The notes under the pieces are model-generated. The model saw only the letters and a list, made by a program, of their open reading frames with translations, ran no database searches and was not told where the DNA came from. A DNA stretch of 47,656 nucleotides from Deltaproteobacteria bacterium (GTDB lineage Bacteria > Myxococcota > B64-G9). The stretch lies in assembly GCA_016935365.1 (NCBI GenBank), contig JAFGRB010000160.1, positions 1 to 47,656 of the forward strand. The letters are read 5' to 3'. The position numbers and the translations under genes are program-made. This document shows positions 27,920 to 37,336 of the stretch, piece after piece. Positions within the stretch are counted from its first letter, which is position 1. The number at the start of each line of letters is the position of its first letter.

Positions 27920-30706
27920 ATGGACCGTCCAGGCATCTTGCTGGCTGCGCTCTCGCTGCTCGCCGTCTCGGGGCTGTGCGGCTGCGATGCCGAGCCCGAG
28001 CCCGCTTTGCCGACCGAGGCGGATCTCCGGGCCCGGCTGGGCATCCCCGAGCAGGCCGAGCGGGTGATCGTCTTCGGCCAGAACGCCCATCTGGATCCCG
28101 GCTGGCAGCACACGATCCCCGACTACTACGACCTCTTCGTGGAGCAGATCTTCCTGCAGGCCGCGCAGCTCCTCGACGAACAGCCCCGCTACTACTACTC
28201 CATCTGCGAGATCTCCTTTCTGGATCACCACGTCCGCGAGCACCCCGAGGAGCTCGCCCGCCTCGTGCGGCACGCGGCCAGCGGGAGGCTCCGGATCGTG
28301 GGCGGCGGCGTGACGAGCCCCGACACCTTGCTGCCGTCCACCGAGGATTTGCTGCGGGACTACCTGCTGGGAAGAGCCTGGGTCACGGACAGGCTCGGCG
28401 TGACGCCGCACACCGCCTGGCTGCCCGACTCCTTCGGCCACAGCCCGACGACGCCCGACATCCTCTCGGCCGCGGGCTACACCGGGGTGGGCTTCGCCAG
28501 GACCGACGGCATGCGCACGCCCTACTTGACGGACTTCGCCGGGCTGGATCCGATCATGCCGGGCTCGACCGCGGCGACCCTGGCCGAGCTCGAGAGCTCG
28601 ACTTTCGTGTGGAAGGGGCCTTTCGGCGGCCGGGTGCTGGCCCACCTGATGCCCGTGCACCTGTACTGCCAGGGCGACAACATCGATCACGACGGCATGC
28701 CCGTTCCGGGCGGCTGGCTCTGGGGCACGGAGAGGACCGACCGCGAGTACACCCACAAGAGCATCGCCCACTTCATCGAGGAGCTCGAGCCCTTCAGCCG
28801 CACGCCGTACATGTTCGTGCCGGTGGGCTGCGACTTCCAGCTGCCGAAGCACGGGCTGGTCGAGTACATGGACGCCTGGAACGCGGAGCGCTTCCCGGAG
28901 ACGGGGACCTGGGCGCTGGCCGCGACCTTCGAGGACTTCATGGATCTGATCCGCTTCCACGCGTCGGATCTGCCCGAGCTCGAGCTGGACATGAACCCGT
29001 ACTTCACCGGCTTCTACGCGAGCCGGCCCGAGCTGAAGAGGCTCCAGCGGGCCGCGAGCGCTGCGCTGCTCATCGCGGAGATCTTCTCCCTGCTGCTCGA
29101 GGACGAGCGGAGCAGCGCGGTCCAGGCCACGCAGAAGGAGATCTGGTGGGACGTGGCCGTGGCGAACCACCACGACTTCGTCACCGGCACCTCGACCGAC
29201 GAGGTCTACGCGGTCGAGCAGATCCCGATGCTCGAGCACGCCGCGTCCAGGGCGGAGCGCATCTGGAGCCAGGTGGCTGGACAGATCGCGAGCAGCGTGG
29301 ACACGAGCGCCTCGGGTAGCGCCCTGGCGGCCGTCGTCTTCAACCCCGCCTCGCAGCGGCGCGACCGGGTCGTGCATCTCGATCTCGAGCTGCAGCCCGG
29401 CCAGGCCCGGGATCTCTCCGTCCGCGACGCCGAGGGCGCGCTCCCCTCGCAGGTCCTCTCGGCGCGGCGCCACGCGGACGGCAGCCTGGAGCGGGCGGAG
29501 CTGGCCTTCGTCGCCCGCGGCCTGCCCGCCCTGGGCTACGGGAGCTACGGCATCGACCCGGCGCCCGGGCAGGCAGCCGGGGGGGTCTGCCTGGAGATGC
29601 TGTCTGCGGGCGCCCCGACGCAGGATCCCTCGGCCGCGGACGAGGTGGTCATGGAGAACGGGCTCGTCCGCGCGGTGCTGTCCCGCCAGGCCGGCTGGGC
29701 CCTGACCTCGCTGGTGGACCTGGAGCGCGGCCGGGAGATGCTGCGCGCACCCAGCGCGGGCCTGGTCCCCTACCGGGACGACGGCGGCCTGTGGCGGCTG
29801 GGCATGGAGACCCCGGGCGTGCAGGGCTGCGGGTTCACGGCCGGGGAGGACCTGACCGCCTCGGGCGGCGACCTGTCCGTCCTGCACGCGGGCCCCGTGG
29901 TCGCGGCGGTCCAGATCGCCTCCCCTCCCGGGACGCGCGACTACGTGCGGGAGTTCAGGCTCGAGGAGTCCGCCGGCTGGCTCGAGCTGCTCGCCGAGGG
30001 CGCGGCCAGCGAGGGCTTCACCATCACGACCCGCATCGAGTCGGCGGTCCGGGACGGCGTCCTCAGCACGGCCGTGCCGGCGGGCATGGTCCAGCGGCCC
30101 TTCGAGAAGATCTTCAGCCCGACCTTCTGGCCGGTCACGGAGTGCGCCGACCTGAGCGCGCCCGCTGCGGGCATGGGCCTTTCGGTGCTGACCGCCCAGA
30201 GCACGGGCGTGAGCGCCGACGAGAGCGGCCGGCTGGAGGTCCTGCTGCTGCGCAACGCGCGGAGCGAGAAGTGCGACATCCTCGGCGGCGTGGGCACGGA
30301 TCCGGCGAGGCACAGGCTGAGGCTCGCCCTCTACCCGCACGCGGGCGATGCGAGCTCCGCTCGGGTCCTGGAGGCGGGTCTGGCCTACAACGCGCCGGCC
30401 AGGGCGGTCTGGACGGATAGCCACGCGGGCGCGCTGCCGGACAGCGGCGCGCTGGTCACGCTCGGTGAGGGAGCATGGGTCTCGGCCCTCAAGCGGGCCG
30501 AGGACGGCAACGGCTTCGTGATCCGCCTGAGCGGCGGGGAGCCGGTACTCGAGATCGAACCCGGGCTGCTCGACTTCGGCAGCGCGGTCTACGTGGACGC
30601 CATCGAGCGATCGCTGGACCTCCCCCCGCCCGCTTGGCAGGCGCGGCGACTGCTCGCAGTGCATCGAGGCGCGCTCACCAGCCTGCGTCTCTTCGCAGGC
30701 CCCTGA
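27920..30706 (+). CDS. Glycoside hydrolase family 38 alpha-mannosidase lipoprotein.
   Basis: The lipobox is LAVSGLCGCD. The N-terminal motifs GQNAHLDPGW and LPDSFGHS match the GH38 catalytic-domain signatures. The length of 928 aa is typical. The start lies 1 nt after the stop of the preceding gene. Confidence 0.6.
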   Translation: MDRPGILLAALSLLAVSGLCGCDAEPEPALPTEADLRARLGIPEQAERVIVFGQNAHLDPGWQHTIPDYYDLFVEQIFLQAAQLLDEQPRYYYSICEISFLDHHVREHPEELARLVRHAASGRLRIVGGGVTSPDTLLPSTEDLLRDYLLGRAWVTDRLGVTPHTAWLPDSFGHSPTTPDILSAAGYTGVGFARTDGMRTPYLTDFAGLDPIMPGSTAATLAELESSTFVWKGPFGGRVLAHLMPVHLYCQGDNIDHDGMPVPGGWLWGTERTDREYTHKSIAHFIEELEPFSRTPYMFVPVGCDFQLPKHGLVEYMDAWNAERFPETGTWALAATFEDFMDLIRFHASDLPELELDMNPYFTGFYASRPELKRLQRAASAALLIAEIFSLLLEDERSSAVQATQKEIWWDVAVANHHDFVTGTSTDEVYAVEQIPMLEHAASRAERIWSQVAGQIASSVDTSASGSALAAVVFNPASQRRDRVVHLDLELQPGQARDLSVRDAEGALPSQVLSARRHADGSLERAELAFVARGLPALGYGSYGIDPAPGQAAGGVCLEMLSAGAPTQDPSAADEVVMENGLVRAVLSRQAGWALTSLVDLERGREMLRAPSAGLVPYRDDGGLWRLGMETPGVQGCGFTAGEDLTASGGDLSVLHAGPVVAAVQIASPPGTRDYVREFRLEESAGWLELLAEGAASEGFTITTRIESAVRDGVLSTAVPAGMVQRPFEKIFSPTFWPVTECADLSAPAAGMGLSVLTAQSTGVSADESGRLEVLLLRNARSEKCDILGGVGTDPARHRLRLALYPHAGDASSARVLEAGLAYNAPARAVWTDSHAGALPDSGALVTLGEGAWVSALKRAEDGNGFVIRLSGGEPVLEIEPGLLDFGSAVYVDAIERSLDLPPPAWQARRLLAVHRGALTSLRLFAGP

Positions 30707-30722
30707 GCGCCTGGAGGATCGC

Positions 30723-32594
30723 ATGAAGAAGACGACATGGACCCTGCTCGTGACGGTCGGGATCTGGGCGCTCGGCTGCGGCGGAGACGAGACGCCGGAG
30801 CCGATCTGCACGCCGGGCGAGATGCGCTGCAACGGCGACCAGATCGAGATCTGCTCGGGCCTCGCCTGGGAGCCGGGCAACAACTGCGCCGCGGCCGGCA
30901 AGATCTGCCAGATGAACGCGGACGGCATCGCCGAGTGCGTGTCCGTCGCCTGCGTCGAGGACGAGACGCGCTGCAGCGGCGACCTGCTGCAGACCTGCGC
31001 GGACGGCGCCTGGACGACGAGCCAGGACTGCGCCGCATCGAACATGATCTGCCACGAGACGGCCCTGGGGGCCGAGTGCGCCCTGCCGCCCTGCGAGGAG
31101 GGCCAGCAGCGCTGCAGCGGCAACGCGGTCCAGGTCTGCACCGACGGCCTGTGGGAGCTCGAGGAGGACTGCACGGCATCCGGGGCGACCTGCGTCCTGG
31201 ACGAGCAGAGCGGCGAGGCGAGCTGTGTGGCCTGTACCGATGGAGAGCGGCGCTGCGACGGCGACGAGCTCCAGTACTGCGACCAGGGCAGCTGGATCGA
31301 CGAGATGGACTGCACCTTCGGGCACGAGGTCTGCGTGGAGCTGGGCGAGGGCGAGGCGGCCTGCAGGCACTGCCGGCCGATGCAGACCCGCTGCCGGGGA
31401 AGCGCGATCGAGATCTGCAACCCGGAGGGCTACTGGCAGGATGTCGGCGACTGCGCCTATACCTTCCAGGCCTGCAGCATCGATCCGGAGACCGGCAACG
31501 CGACCTGCACCGGGCTGGTCTGGGAGCACATCGCGATCGAGATCGACGACCCCATCATGCAGGGCAGCTCCCTGCAGCTGCCGATCGACGGCCCGTCCTT
31601 CGCCTACGATCCGGACCGGGATCTCTTCTGCACCCAGTACCAGCGCGACGTCATCGAGCCCGAGCACGCCTACGTCTGGTTCGTCGACCCGGCCGCCGGC
31701 AGCCACTACCGGACCGAGCCCGGGGGCGACGTCTTCGACGCGGGCGAGAACTTCTGCATGAACGAGGACTGGTGCCAGATGATCGGCTTCGATCCGGCCA
31801 GCCGGGATCTCGTCATCGCCGCCCCCTCGGCCTCGGTGCTCATGCGCCTGGACCCGGACGACGTGAGCACGATCGTCGCGACCAGCGGCCCCCGCCAGCC
31901 GAACGCCTACATCGACCGGGCCCACGTCTTCGACTGGACGCAACGCCAGCTGCTGCTCTATGGCGCCATCGGGCCGAGCGAGTTCTCGCACGCGGTCTAC
32001 CGGCTCGACCTGGACACGGGCGCGTGGAGCCAGGCGGTCACGGGCCTGCACCAGGTCACCGGCAACTGCCTGGTCTTCGACGCGAGCGCGGACATCCTGT
32101 ACTCCTTCGGCGGCCGGGAGACGCAGGATGGCGGCGACACGAGCACCGTGCTCGCGACGTACGACGCCATCGACTTGAATGCCGGCACGGCCGCCACCGT
32201 CGACCTGCCCGCCGGGATCGGCCCGCGACGGGCCATGAGCTGCGCGCTGGATCCGACCCGCGGCCTGGCCTTCGTCTTCGGCGGCTCGGTCGTCCACGAC
32301 CGCTTCGACGAGATCGACAACGAGTACCACAACGACCTGTGGGCCATGGAGCTGAGCTCGGGCAGCTGGACGCAGCTCATGCAGGACGTGACCGCGGGCA
32401 TCTTCGAGGTCGACTCATACGGCGACCACAGGCTCGTGGCCGACCTGCGGCGCCCCAACTTCGGCCAGCACCGCGGCAAGATGGACTACGACCCGGGCAC
32501 CGACAGGCTCTTCGCGGCAGGCGAGATGCCCGTTTTCACCCACGGCCAGCTCTATGCGCTGGAGCTAGACGGCGTCGAGACGCTGCTGCCGTAG
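30723..32594 (+). CDS. Lipoprotein with N-terminal Cys-rich repeats of roughly 45 aa (CxxGxxRCxGxxxxxCxxGxWxxxxDC) and a C-terminal Kelch/galactose-oxidase-like beta-propeller.
   Basis: The start is MKKTTWTLLVTVGIWALGCGG (lipobox), with GGAGG 6 nt upstream. Five Cys-rich modules are followed by propeller-like segments (LLLYGA, LYSFGG, FVFGG). Confidence 0.45.
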   Translation: MKKTTWTLLVTVGIWALGCGGDETPEPICTPGEMRCNGDQIEICSGLAWEPGNNCAAAGKICQMNADGIAECVSVACVEDETRCSGDLLQTCADGAWTTSQDCAASNMICHETALGAECALPPCEEGQQRCSGNAVQVCTDGLWELEEDCTASGATCVLDEQSGEASCVACTDGERRCDGDELQYCDQGSWIDEMDCTFGHEVCVELGEGEAACRHCRPMQTRCRGSAIEICNPEGYWQDVGDCAYTFQACSIDPETGNATCTGLVWEHIAIEIDDPIMQGSSLQLPIDGPSFAYDPDRDLFCTQYQRDVIEPEHAYVWFVDPAAGSHYRTEPGGDVFDAGENFCMNEDWCQMIGFDPASRDLVIAAPSASVLMRLDPDDVSTIVATSGPRQPNAYIDRAHVFDWTQRQLLLYGAIGPSEFSHAVYRLDLDTGAWSQAVTGLHQVTGNCLVFDASADILYSFGGRETQDGGDTSTVLATYDAIDLNAGTAATVDLPAGIGPRRAMSCALDPTRGLAFVFGGSVVHDRFDEIDNEYHNDLWAMELSSGSWTQLMQDVTAGIFEVDSYGDHRLVADLRRPNFGQHRGKMDYDPGTDRLFAAGEMPVFTHGQLYALELDGVETLLP

Positions 32595-32605
32595 CAGGAG
32601 GAGAC

Positions 32606-34039
32606 ATGAACAAGAACGAGTATCTGGAGCAGGTGGTCCAGCAGCAGGCCGCGGTCGGCAACGAGCTCCGCAAGGCCGCCCGCATGAAGATGACGCCCGA
32701 GCAGAGCCCCCTGCGCCGCAGGCCCAGCCAGCCGGCGCCCGCGGGGGGGGAGAACGGACAGGCGATCGACTACCGGATCACGGGCTTCTGGCGCTGGAAG
32801 ACGGTCGTGGTGCCGCCCAACGTCTATGCGGTGCACACCCGGCGCGGCCACGCCAAGCCGCTCCACGTCGGCCTGGGCGAGTCCTTCCGCTACCGGCCGC
32901 GCCTGGACTCCTTCCTGCTCGTGCCGGCCTCGGTCCAGACCCTGCTCATCAACGCCAACTGCATCTGCGTCGAGCGCCAGGGCATCCTGGTTCAGGCCTA
33001 CCTGCAGTGGATCATCGGCGACATCGAGACCGCCTACCGCAAGCTGGACTTCTCCAACACGGAAGACCCGATGCACGTGGTCAACATCCAGCTCCGCGAG
33101 CAGGCCGAGGCCGCCATCAAGGACAAGGTGGCCACGATGTCGATCGACGACGTGCTCAGCGACAAGCAGCCCATCATCGAGGAGCTCACCACCCGGCTGC
33201 GCTCGGTGGCCGAAGGCACGGGCGAGAGCGGCGGCCTGGGGCTCAAGATCGTCACCGTCCAGATCAAGGAGGCGGTGGTCAGCTCGACCACGGTCTGGGA
33301 GAACCTCCAGAAGCCCTTCCGGGCCGAGCGCGAGCGCGTGGCCCGGATGGCCGAGCTGGCCAAGGAGCGCGAGATCGAGGCCCGCGAGCTCTGCAACCAG
33401 CGCGACGGGGAGAAGGAGCGGCTGGAGACCGCGGACGAGCTGGCGAAGCTGCGGCACGGATCCGAGCAGGCGGCCTTCGATCGCGAGCAGCAGGAGCGGC
33501 TCCGCCGCGAGAAGGTCAGCCAGGAGAACCAGCGCCAGGCCCTGGCGGAGCAGAGCGCGACCGAGATCGCCAAGCGCCAGTCCGAGCTCGACCTGAAGCT
33601 GGAGTCGCTCCAGATGGACCGGCAGCGCTGCGAGGCCGAGACGAAGCAGGCCGAGGTCCAGCGCCGGCTAGACGCCGCCAACGGAGCCCTGGCCAAGGCC
33701 CGGGCCGAGGACGAGGAGATCGTCGAGGACCTCCACCACACGGCGAGCGCGGCCCGCAGCCGGCAGGATCTGGACCTGCTCCAGCTGCGCCGGCGGGTCG
33801 AGAACGAGCTCTCCGATCACCTGGCCGCCATCAAGCTCTTCGAGCACCTGCCCGCCATCGCCCAGGCCCTGCCCAAGCCCGACGAGCTGCGCTGCGTCCA
33901 GATCGGCGGCCAGACCGACGGCCTGGCGGCCTCCCTGGCCCAGATCATCGAGACGGCCCGCCAGATCCTGCCCGGCTGGATCGGCGATCAGCGCGCGGGC
34001 TCCCCTGCCCAGCCCGACGAGACAGCCAAGGCGAAATGA
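32606..34039 (+). CDS. Flotillin-like SPFH/band-7 domain protein with a long C-terminal coiled coil.
   Basis: The ATG at 32606 has AGGAGG 6 nt upstream. The six-frame track merges this gene into a single 1100-aa ORF. Band-7 core motifs are present (ITGFWRWKTVVVPPNVYAVHTRRG; LLINANCICVERQGILVQAYLQWIIGD). An EA-rich flotillin-like coiled coil follows. Confidence 0.65.
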   Translation: MNKNEYLEQVVQQQAAVGNELRKAARMKMTPEQSPLRRRPSQPAPAGGENGQAIDYRITGFWRWKTVVVPPNVYAVHTRRGHAKPLHVGLGESFRYRPRLDSFLLVPASVQTLLINANCICVERQGILVQAYLQWIIGDIETAYRKLDFSNTEDPMHVVNIQLREQAEAAIKDKVATMSIDDVLSDKQPIIEELTTRLRSVAEGTGESGGLGLKIVTVQIKEAVVSSTTVWENLQKPFRAERERVARMAELAKEREIEARELCNQRDGEKERLETADELAKLRHGSEQAAFDREQQERLRREKVSQENQRQALAEQSATEIAKRQSELDLKLESLQMDRQRCEAETKQAEVQRRLDAANGALAKARAEDEEIVEDLHHTASAARSRQDLDLLQLRRRVENELSDHLAAIKLFEHLPAIAQALPKPDELRCVQIGGQTDGLAASLAQIIETARQILPGWIGDQRAGSPAQPDETAKAK

Positions 34040-34098
34040 GCGCGCCTCGCGCTCCGAGCGGTGCAGTCCAGGTTCAAGCCCCAAGGGGGCGAGATATC

Positions 34099-34151
34099 AT
34101 AGCCCAGGGCTTCGCCCTGGGCTATCCTATCTCACCCCTGCGGGGCTCTCG
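34099..34151. repeat. Second copy of the two-hairpin repeat unit: cccagggc-ttc-gccctggg, about 11 nt, then cccctgcgggg ctctcg. It overlaps the 3' end and stop codon of the ApgM-like gene.
   Basis: See 145-198. The stop codon of the minus-strand gene (34122-34124) and its last about 9 codons lie inside the element. Confidence 0.55.
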
Positions 34152-35423
34152 ATCGAGAGCGAGCACCCGCCTGATGAAGGCATCGCCCTCGAGCAGCCCC
34201 AGCGAGCCCTGCGCCGCCTGCTCCTCGTCGTAGCCCTGCACCGCGTCAGGCGCCTCGCCCGGCCTGCGGATGGCCACCGGCACGGGATCGCGCCCGTGCT
34301 GCCCGGTCTCGACCGGGGTGGGGTGATCGGGCAGGATCGCCAGCGTGGCGGCCGTGTCCCGAGCGGCCAGGCCCTCGAGTATCGGCCGCACGAGCCGCTC
34401 GTCGAGGTACTCGATGCACCGTATCTTCAGGTCCAGGTCGCGGGCGTGCGACGCCTCATCGGACGCCTCGACGTGCACGTAGACGAAGTCGTGGTCGGAC
34501 AGCGCCTCGAGGCAGGCCCGGGCCTTGCCCTCGTAGTCGGTGTCGTGCAGGCCGGTGGCGCCGGGCACCCGAATCACGTCCAGGCCGGCGTAGACGCCCA
34601 GCCCCCGGATCAAGTCGACCGCCGAAATCACGGCGCCGCGCACGCCGAATCGCTCCTGCATGGTCTCGATCTGCGGCCGCCGGCCGGGCGACCAGGTCCA
34701 GATGGAGTTGGCCTCGTCGAGGCCCGCTGCCCGGCGCGCGAGGTTGACCGGCTGCTCGGCCAGGATCGCGGCGGCCTGCCGGTGCAGGTCGACCAGCCGC
34801 CGGGCGGTGCGCTCGGCGGCCTGCGCCTCGCGGCGGGCAGCCGAGCCCGCCTCGGGCTGCGGCCGCGGCCGGGGAAGCAGCTCGGCGACCAGCCCGCCGA
34901 CGTGATCGTGCGGCGGCGCGCAGTCGATCGCCGAGGACGCCCAGCCGCCGGGCAGGACCAGCAGGTGACGGTAGCTGACCCCGGGATGGAACCTGACCGG
35001 CAGTGGTCCGCGCGCGCCGCCCAGCTCCTCGTCGAGCTTCGCCACCAGCTCGCGGGCTTCGGAGGTCGAGATGTGGCCAGCCGAGTGGTTGCGGATGCGG
35101 CGGCCATCGGGCGGCCCTTCGAGGTTCACCAGGTTGCAGCGCAGCGCCACATCGCCGGGGCCGATGTCCACACCCATGCTGGCCGCCTCGAGGACGGCCC
35201 GGCCCTCCTCGCCCGCCGAGCTCCCGTAGCCCAGCACGGCCAGGTTGGCCACCGCCGAGTCGGCTGGACCGGTCTCGCCGATCGTCCGCAGCCGGCCGAC
35301 CCGTCCCTCGCGGGCGATGCGGTCGATGTGTGGCTTGCGGGCGACCATGAGCGGGGTCCTGCCGCCGAGGCGGGCGACGGGCCGATCGCTCATGCCGTCG
35401 CCGATGATGACGATCGCCTTCAC
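34122..35423 (-). CDS. Cofactor-independent phosphoglycerate mutase family (ApgM-like metalloenzyme) protein. From its genomic context it is probably the non-orthologous homoserine kinase.
   Basis: The GTG start at 35423 overlaps the thrC stop as GTGA, with a GGAG SD. The N-terminus after the start is VKAIVIIGDGMSDRP, matching the ApgM/iPGM N-terminal metal-binding motif. I rejected the 154-aa R/P/G-rich N-terminal extension shown in the ORF track. Confidence 0.65.
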   Translation of the reverse strand: MKAIVIIGDGMSDRPVARLGGRTPLMVARKPHIDRIAREGRVGRLRTIGETGPADSAVANLAVLGYGSSAGEEGRAVLEAASMGVDIGPGDVALRCNLVNLEGPPDGRRIRNHSAGHISTSEARELVAKLDEELGGARGPLPVRFHPGVSYRHLLVLPGGWASSAIDCAPPHDHVGGLVAELLPRPRPQPEAGSAARREAQAAERTARRLVDLHRQAAAILAEQPVNLARRAAGLDEANSIWTWSPGRRPQIETMQERFGVRGAVISAVDLIRGLGVYAGLDVIRVPGATGLHDTDYEGKARACLEALSDHDFVYVHVEASDEASHARDLDLKIRCIEYLDERLVRPILEGLAARDTAATLAILPDHPTPVETGQHGRDPVPVAIRRPGEAPDAVQGYDEEQAAQGSLGLLEGDAFIRRVLALDREPRRGEIG

Positions 35424-36781
35424 CCGCGGTACTCCGCGCACAGGAAGTCCTTGAAGGCCGCGTAGTCGGGCGCCAGGTCGCGGTGGTGCTCCGTTCGCGT
35501 GTCCAGGCCCTGCAGGCTGGCCGGCAGCTCGGGCTCGATCCCGACCAGGGCGCGGATCTCCTCCGGGAACTTGGCCGGGTGGGCGGTCTCCAGGCTGATC
35601 GCGGGCACGCCGGCCCGCTCCGGGCAGGCGGCCAGGAAGTCCTCCAGCCCCACCCAGCCGACCGCCCCGTGGGGCTCGAGCAGCGCGCCGTGATCGCGGT
35701 AGGCGCGGGCGATGGCTTCCCGGGTGCGGCCGTCGTCCACGCTGACGGCGTACAGGTCGCTGCGCATCCGGTCCAGGTCGGGCGGCCGCTCGAGGCTTCC
35801 CCGCTCGTCCATCCAGCCACCGTAGAGGTCGATGATCCGGGCCAGGTTGGATGGGTGCCCGACGTTCATGGCGTTGGAGATGCACTTGCGCGAGGGGACG
35901 ATCTTCTCGTAGCGGCCGCTCGCCAGGAAGCGGGGCACCTCGTCGTTGGCGTTGGTCGCGACGACGAAACGGGCGACCGGCACGCCCATGCGCATGGCGA
36001 GCAGCCCGCCCATCAGATCGCCGAAGTTGCCAGACGGCACGCTGAAGACCACCTGCTCGCCGCCGGCGATGTCTGCCAGCCTGGACGCGGCGTAGACGTA
36101 GTAGACCGACTGCGGCAGCAGGCGGCCGATGTTGATCGAGTTGGCCGAGGTCAGGCTCAGGTCGGCCAGGTCCGGATCGCCGAAGGCCTGCTTCACCAGG
36201 GCCTGGCAGTCGTCGAACTTGGCGTCCAGCGCCAGCGTGGAGATGTTCTCCCCCAGGGTGGTCATCTGCCGGCGCTGGCGGTCGGATACCTCGTCGCGGG
36301 GGAAGAGCACCACCACCCGGATCTTCTCGACGCCCTGGAAGGCGTGGGCGATCGCCGAGCCGGTGTCGCCCGATGTGGCGGTCAGGACCAGCAGCTCGCC
36401 TCCTCGCTGGCGGACCAGGCGCCCCAGGGCCCGCCCCATGAAGCGGGCGGCGAAGTCCTTGAACGAGGCGGTCGGGCCGCGGTCCAGGCGCATCAGATGG
36501 CGGTCGCCCTCGACCCGCTCGAGGGGGACGGCGAAGTCGTAGGCATCTTCACAGATCGCCTGTAGCTCGTCGTCCCGGAAGACCCCCTCGGCGAAAAGGC
36601 CGAGGATCCGGGCGGCGAGCTGCGGGTAGGCGAGATCGCGCGCCCGGGCCAGCAGCTCGGGACCGAGACGCGGCAGGGGGCGTGGCAGGTAGAGGCCCCT
36701 GTCGCCCGCCTGGCCTTGCAGCAGCGCCTGGGCGAGGTCCACCTCATGCGCTCGGTGATTGGTGCTGTAGTATCGAATCAC
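35420..36781 (-). CDS. thrC: Threonine synthase.
   Basis: The PLP-lysine motif TASFKDFAARF is present. The fold-type II PLP enzyme layout includes the SGNFGD glycine loop. Length is 453 aa. Confidence 0.75.
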   Translation of the reverse strand: MIRYYSTNHRAHEVDLAQALLQGQAGDRGLYLPRPLPRLGPELLARARDLAYPQLAARILGLFAEGVFRDDELQAICEDAYDFAVPLERVEGDRHLMRLDRGPTASFKDFAARFMGRALGRLVRQRGGELLVLTATSGDTGSAIAHAFQGVEKIRVVVLFPRDEVSDRQRRQMTTLGENISTLALDAKFDDCQALVKQAFGDPDLADLSLTSANSINIGRLLPQSVYYVYAASRLADIAGGEQVVFSVPSGNFGDLMGGLLAMRMGVPVARFVVATNANDEVPRFLASGRYEKIVPSRKCISNAMNVGHPSNLARIIDLYGGWMDERGSLERPPDLDRMRSDLYAVSVDDGRTREAIARAYRDHGALLEPHGAVGWVGLEDFLAACPERAGVPAISLETAHPAKFPEEIRALVGIEPELPASLQGLDTRTEHHRDLAPDYAAFKDFLCAEYRG

Positions 36782-36808
36782 GGCGATCGATATCGTCCAC
36801 GAGTGCGA

Positions 36809-36837
36809 ATGCTAGCAGGACGCGCACCGCCGGTCAA
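36809..36837 (-). promoter_or_regulatory. Candidate sigma70-like promoter for thrC and the ApgM-like gene. On the coding strand it reads TTGACC-N17-TAGCAT.
   Basis: The reverse complement reads gatTTGACCggcggtgcgcgtcctgcTAGCATtcgc, about 25 nt upstream of the GTG start at 36781. Confidence 0.3.
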
Positions 36838-36961
36838 ATCCCGCCCGGAATGATGAGCCGTATCGCAGCCGACATGGCCGAGATTGACGCCCGGGCCCGG
36901 ATCTGCTAACAGAGGATCCGATCAGACGAGCAAGCGATAGGTGCAAGCCAAGGAGCACGCG

Positions 36962-37333
36962 ATGATGAGACGTGGACTTGCTCTCCTCTGCCTCCTCGCC
37001 AGCCTGATTCTACTGATTGCCTCACAGCTCGGCTCCTGCGGAAGCGTGGAGGAATCCATCATCGGGAGCTGTCGCGACATCCCCGGGCAAGAGCACTCCT
37101 GCAAGGACTACCTGGGCAAGCAGAAGGCGGATCCGGCCTCCCTGTGCGCCGTGGACGGCGGGACGTTCGACACCGCCCCCTGCCCCACCACCGACGTGAA
37201 GGCCACCTGCACTTACGACATCGCCGGCTCCAAGGTGCGGTGGACCTTCTACGAGGAGTACATCCACTCTACGGACATCATCCGGCAGTCTTGCGAGATC
37301 GCGGGCGGCAGGTACGACGGCATCGATCAGTGA
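36962..37333 (+). CDS. Small Cys-rich lipoprotein of about 123 aa, hypothetical.
   Basis: The ATG at 36962 has AAGGAG 6 nt upstream. The signal peptide and lipobox read MMRRGLALLCLLASLILLIASQLGSCG. The mature part holds 8 Cys. Confidence 0.45.
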   Translation: MMRRGLALLCLLASLILLIASQLGSCGSVEESIIGSCRDIPGQEHSCKDYLGKQKADPASLCAVDGGTFDTAPCPTTDVKATCTYDIAGSKVRWTFYEEYIHSTDIIRQSCEIAGGRYDGIDQ

Positions 37334-37336
37334 GCT

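Noticed and set aside
30737-34039. A single 1100-aa plus ORF spanning two genes.
   Set aside because: Its first two-thirds is an alternate frame of the Kelch lipoprotein gene. The real flotillin-like gene starts at the ATG at 32606, which has an AGGAGG SD.
34060-34085. GGTTCAAGCCCC resembling a tRNA T-loop.
   Set aside because: No complementary T-stem, acceptor stem or CCA context could be built around it.
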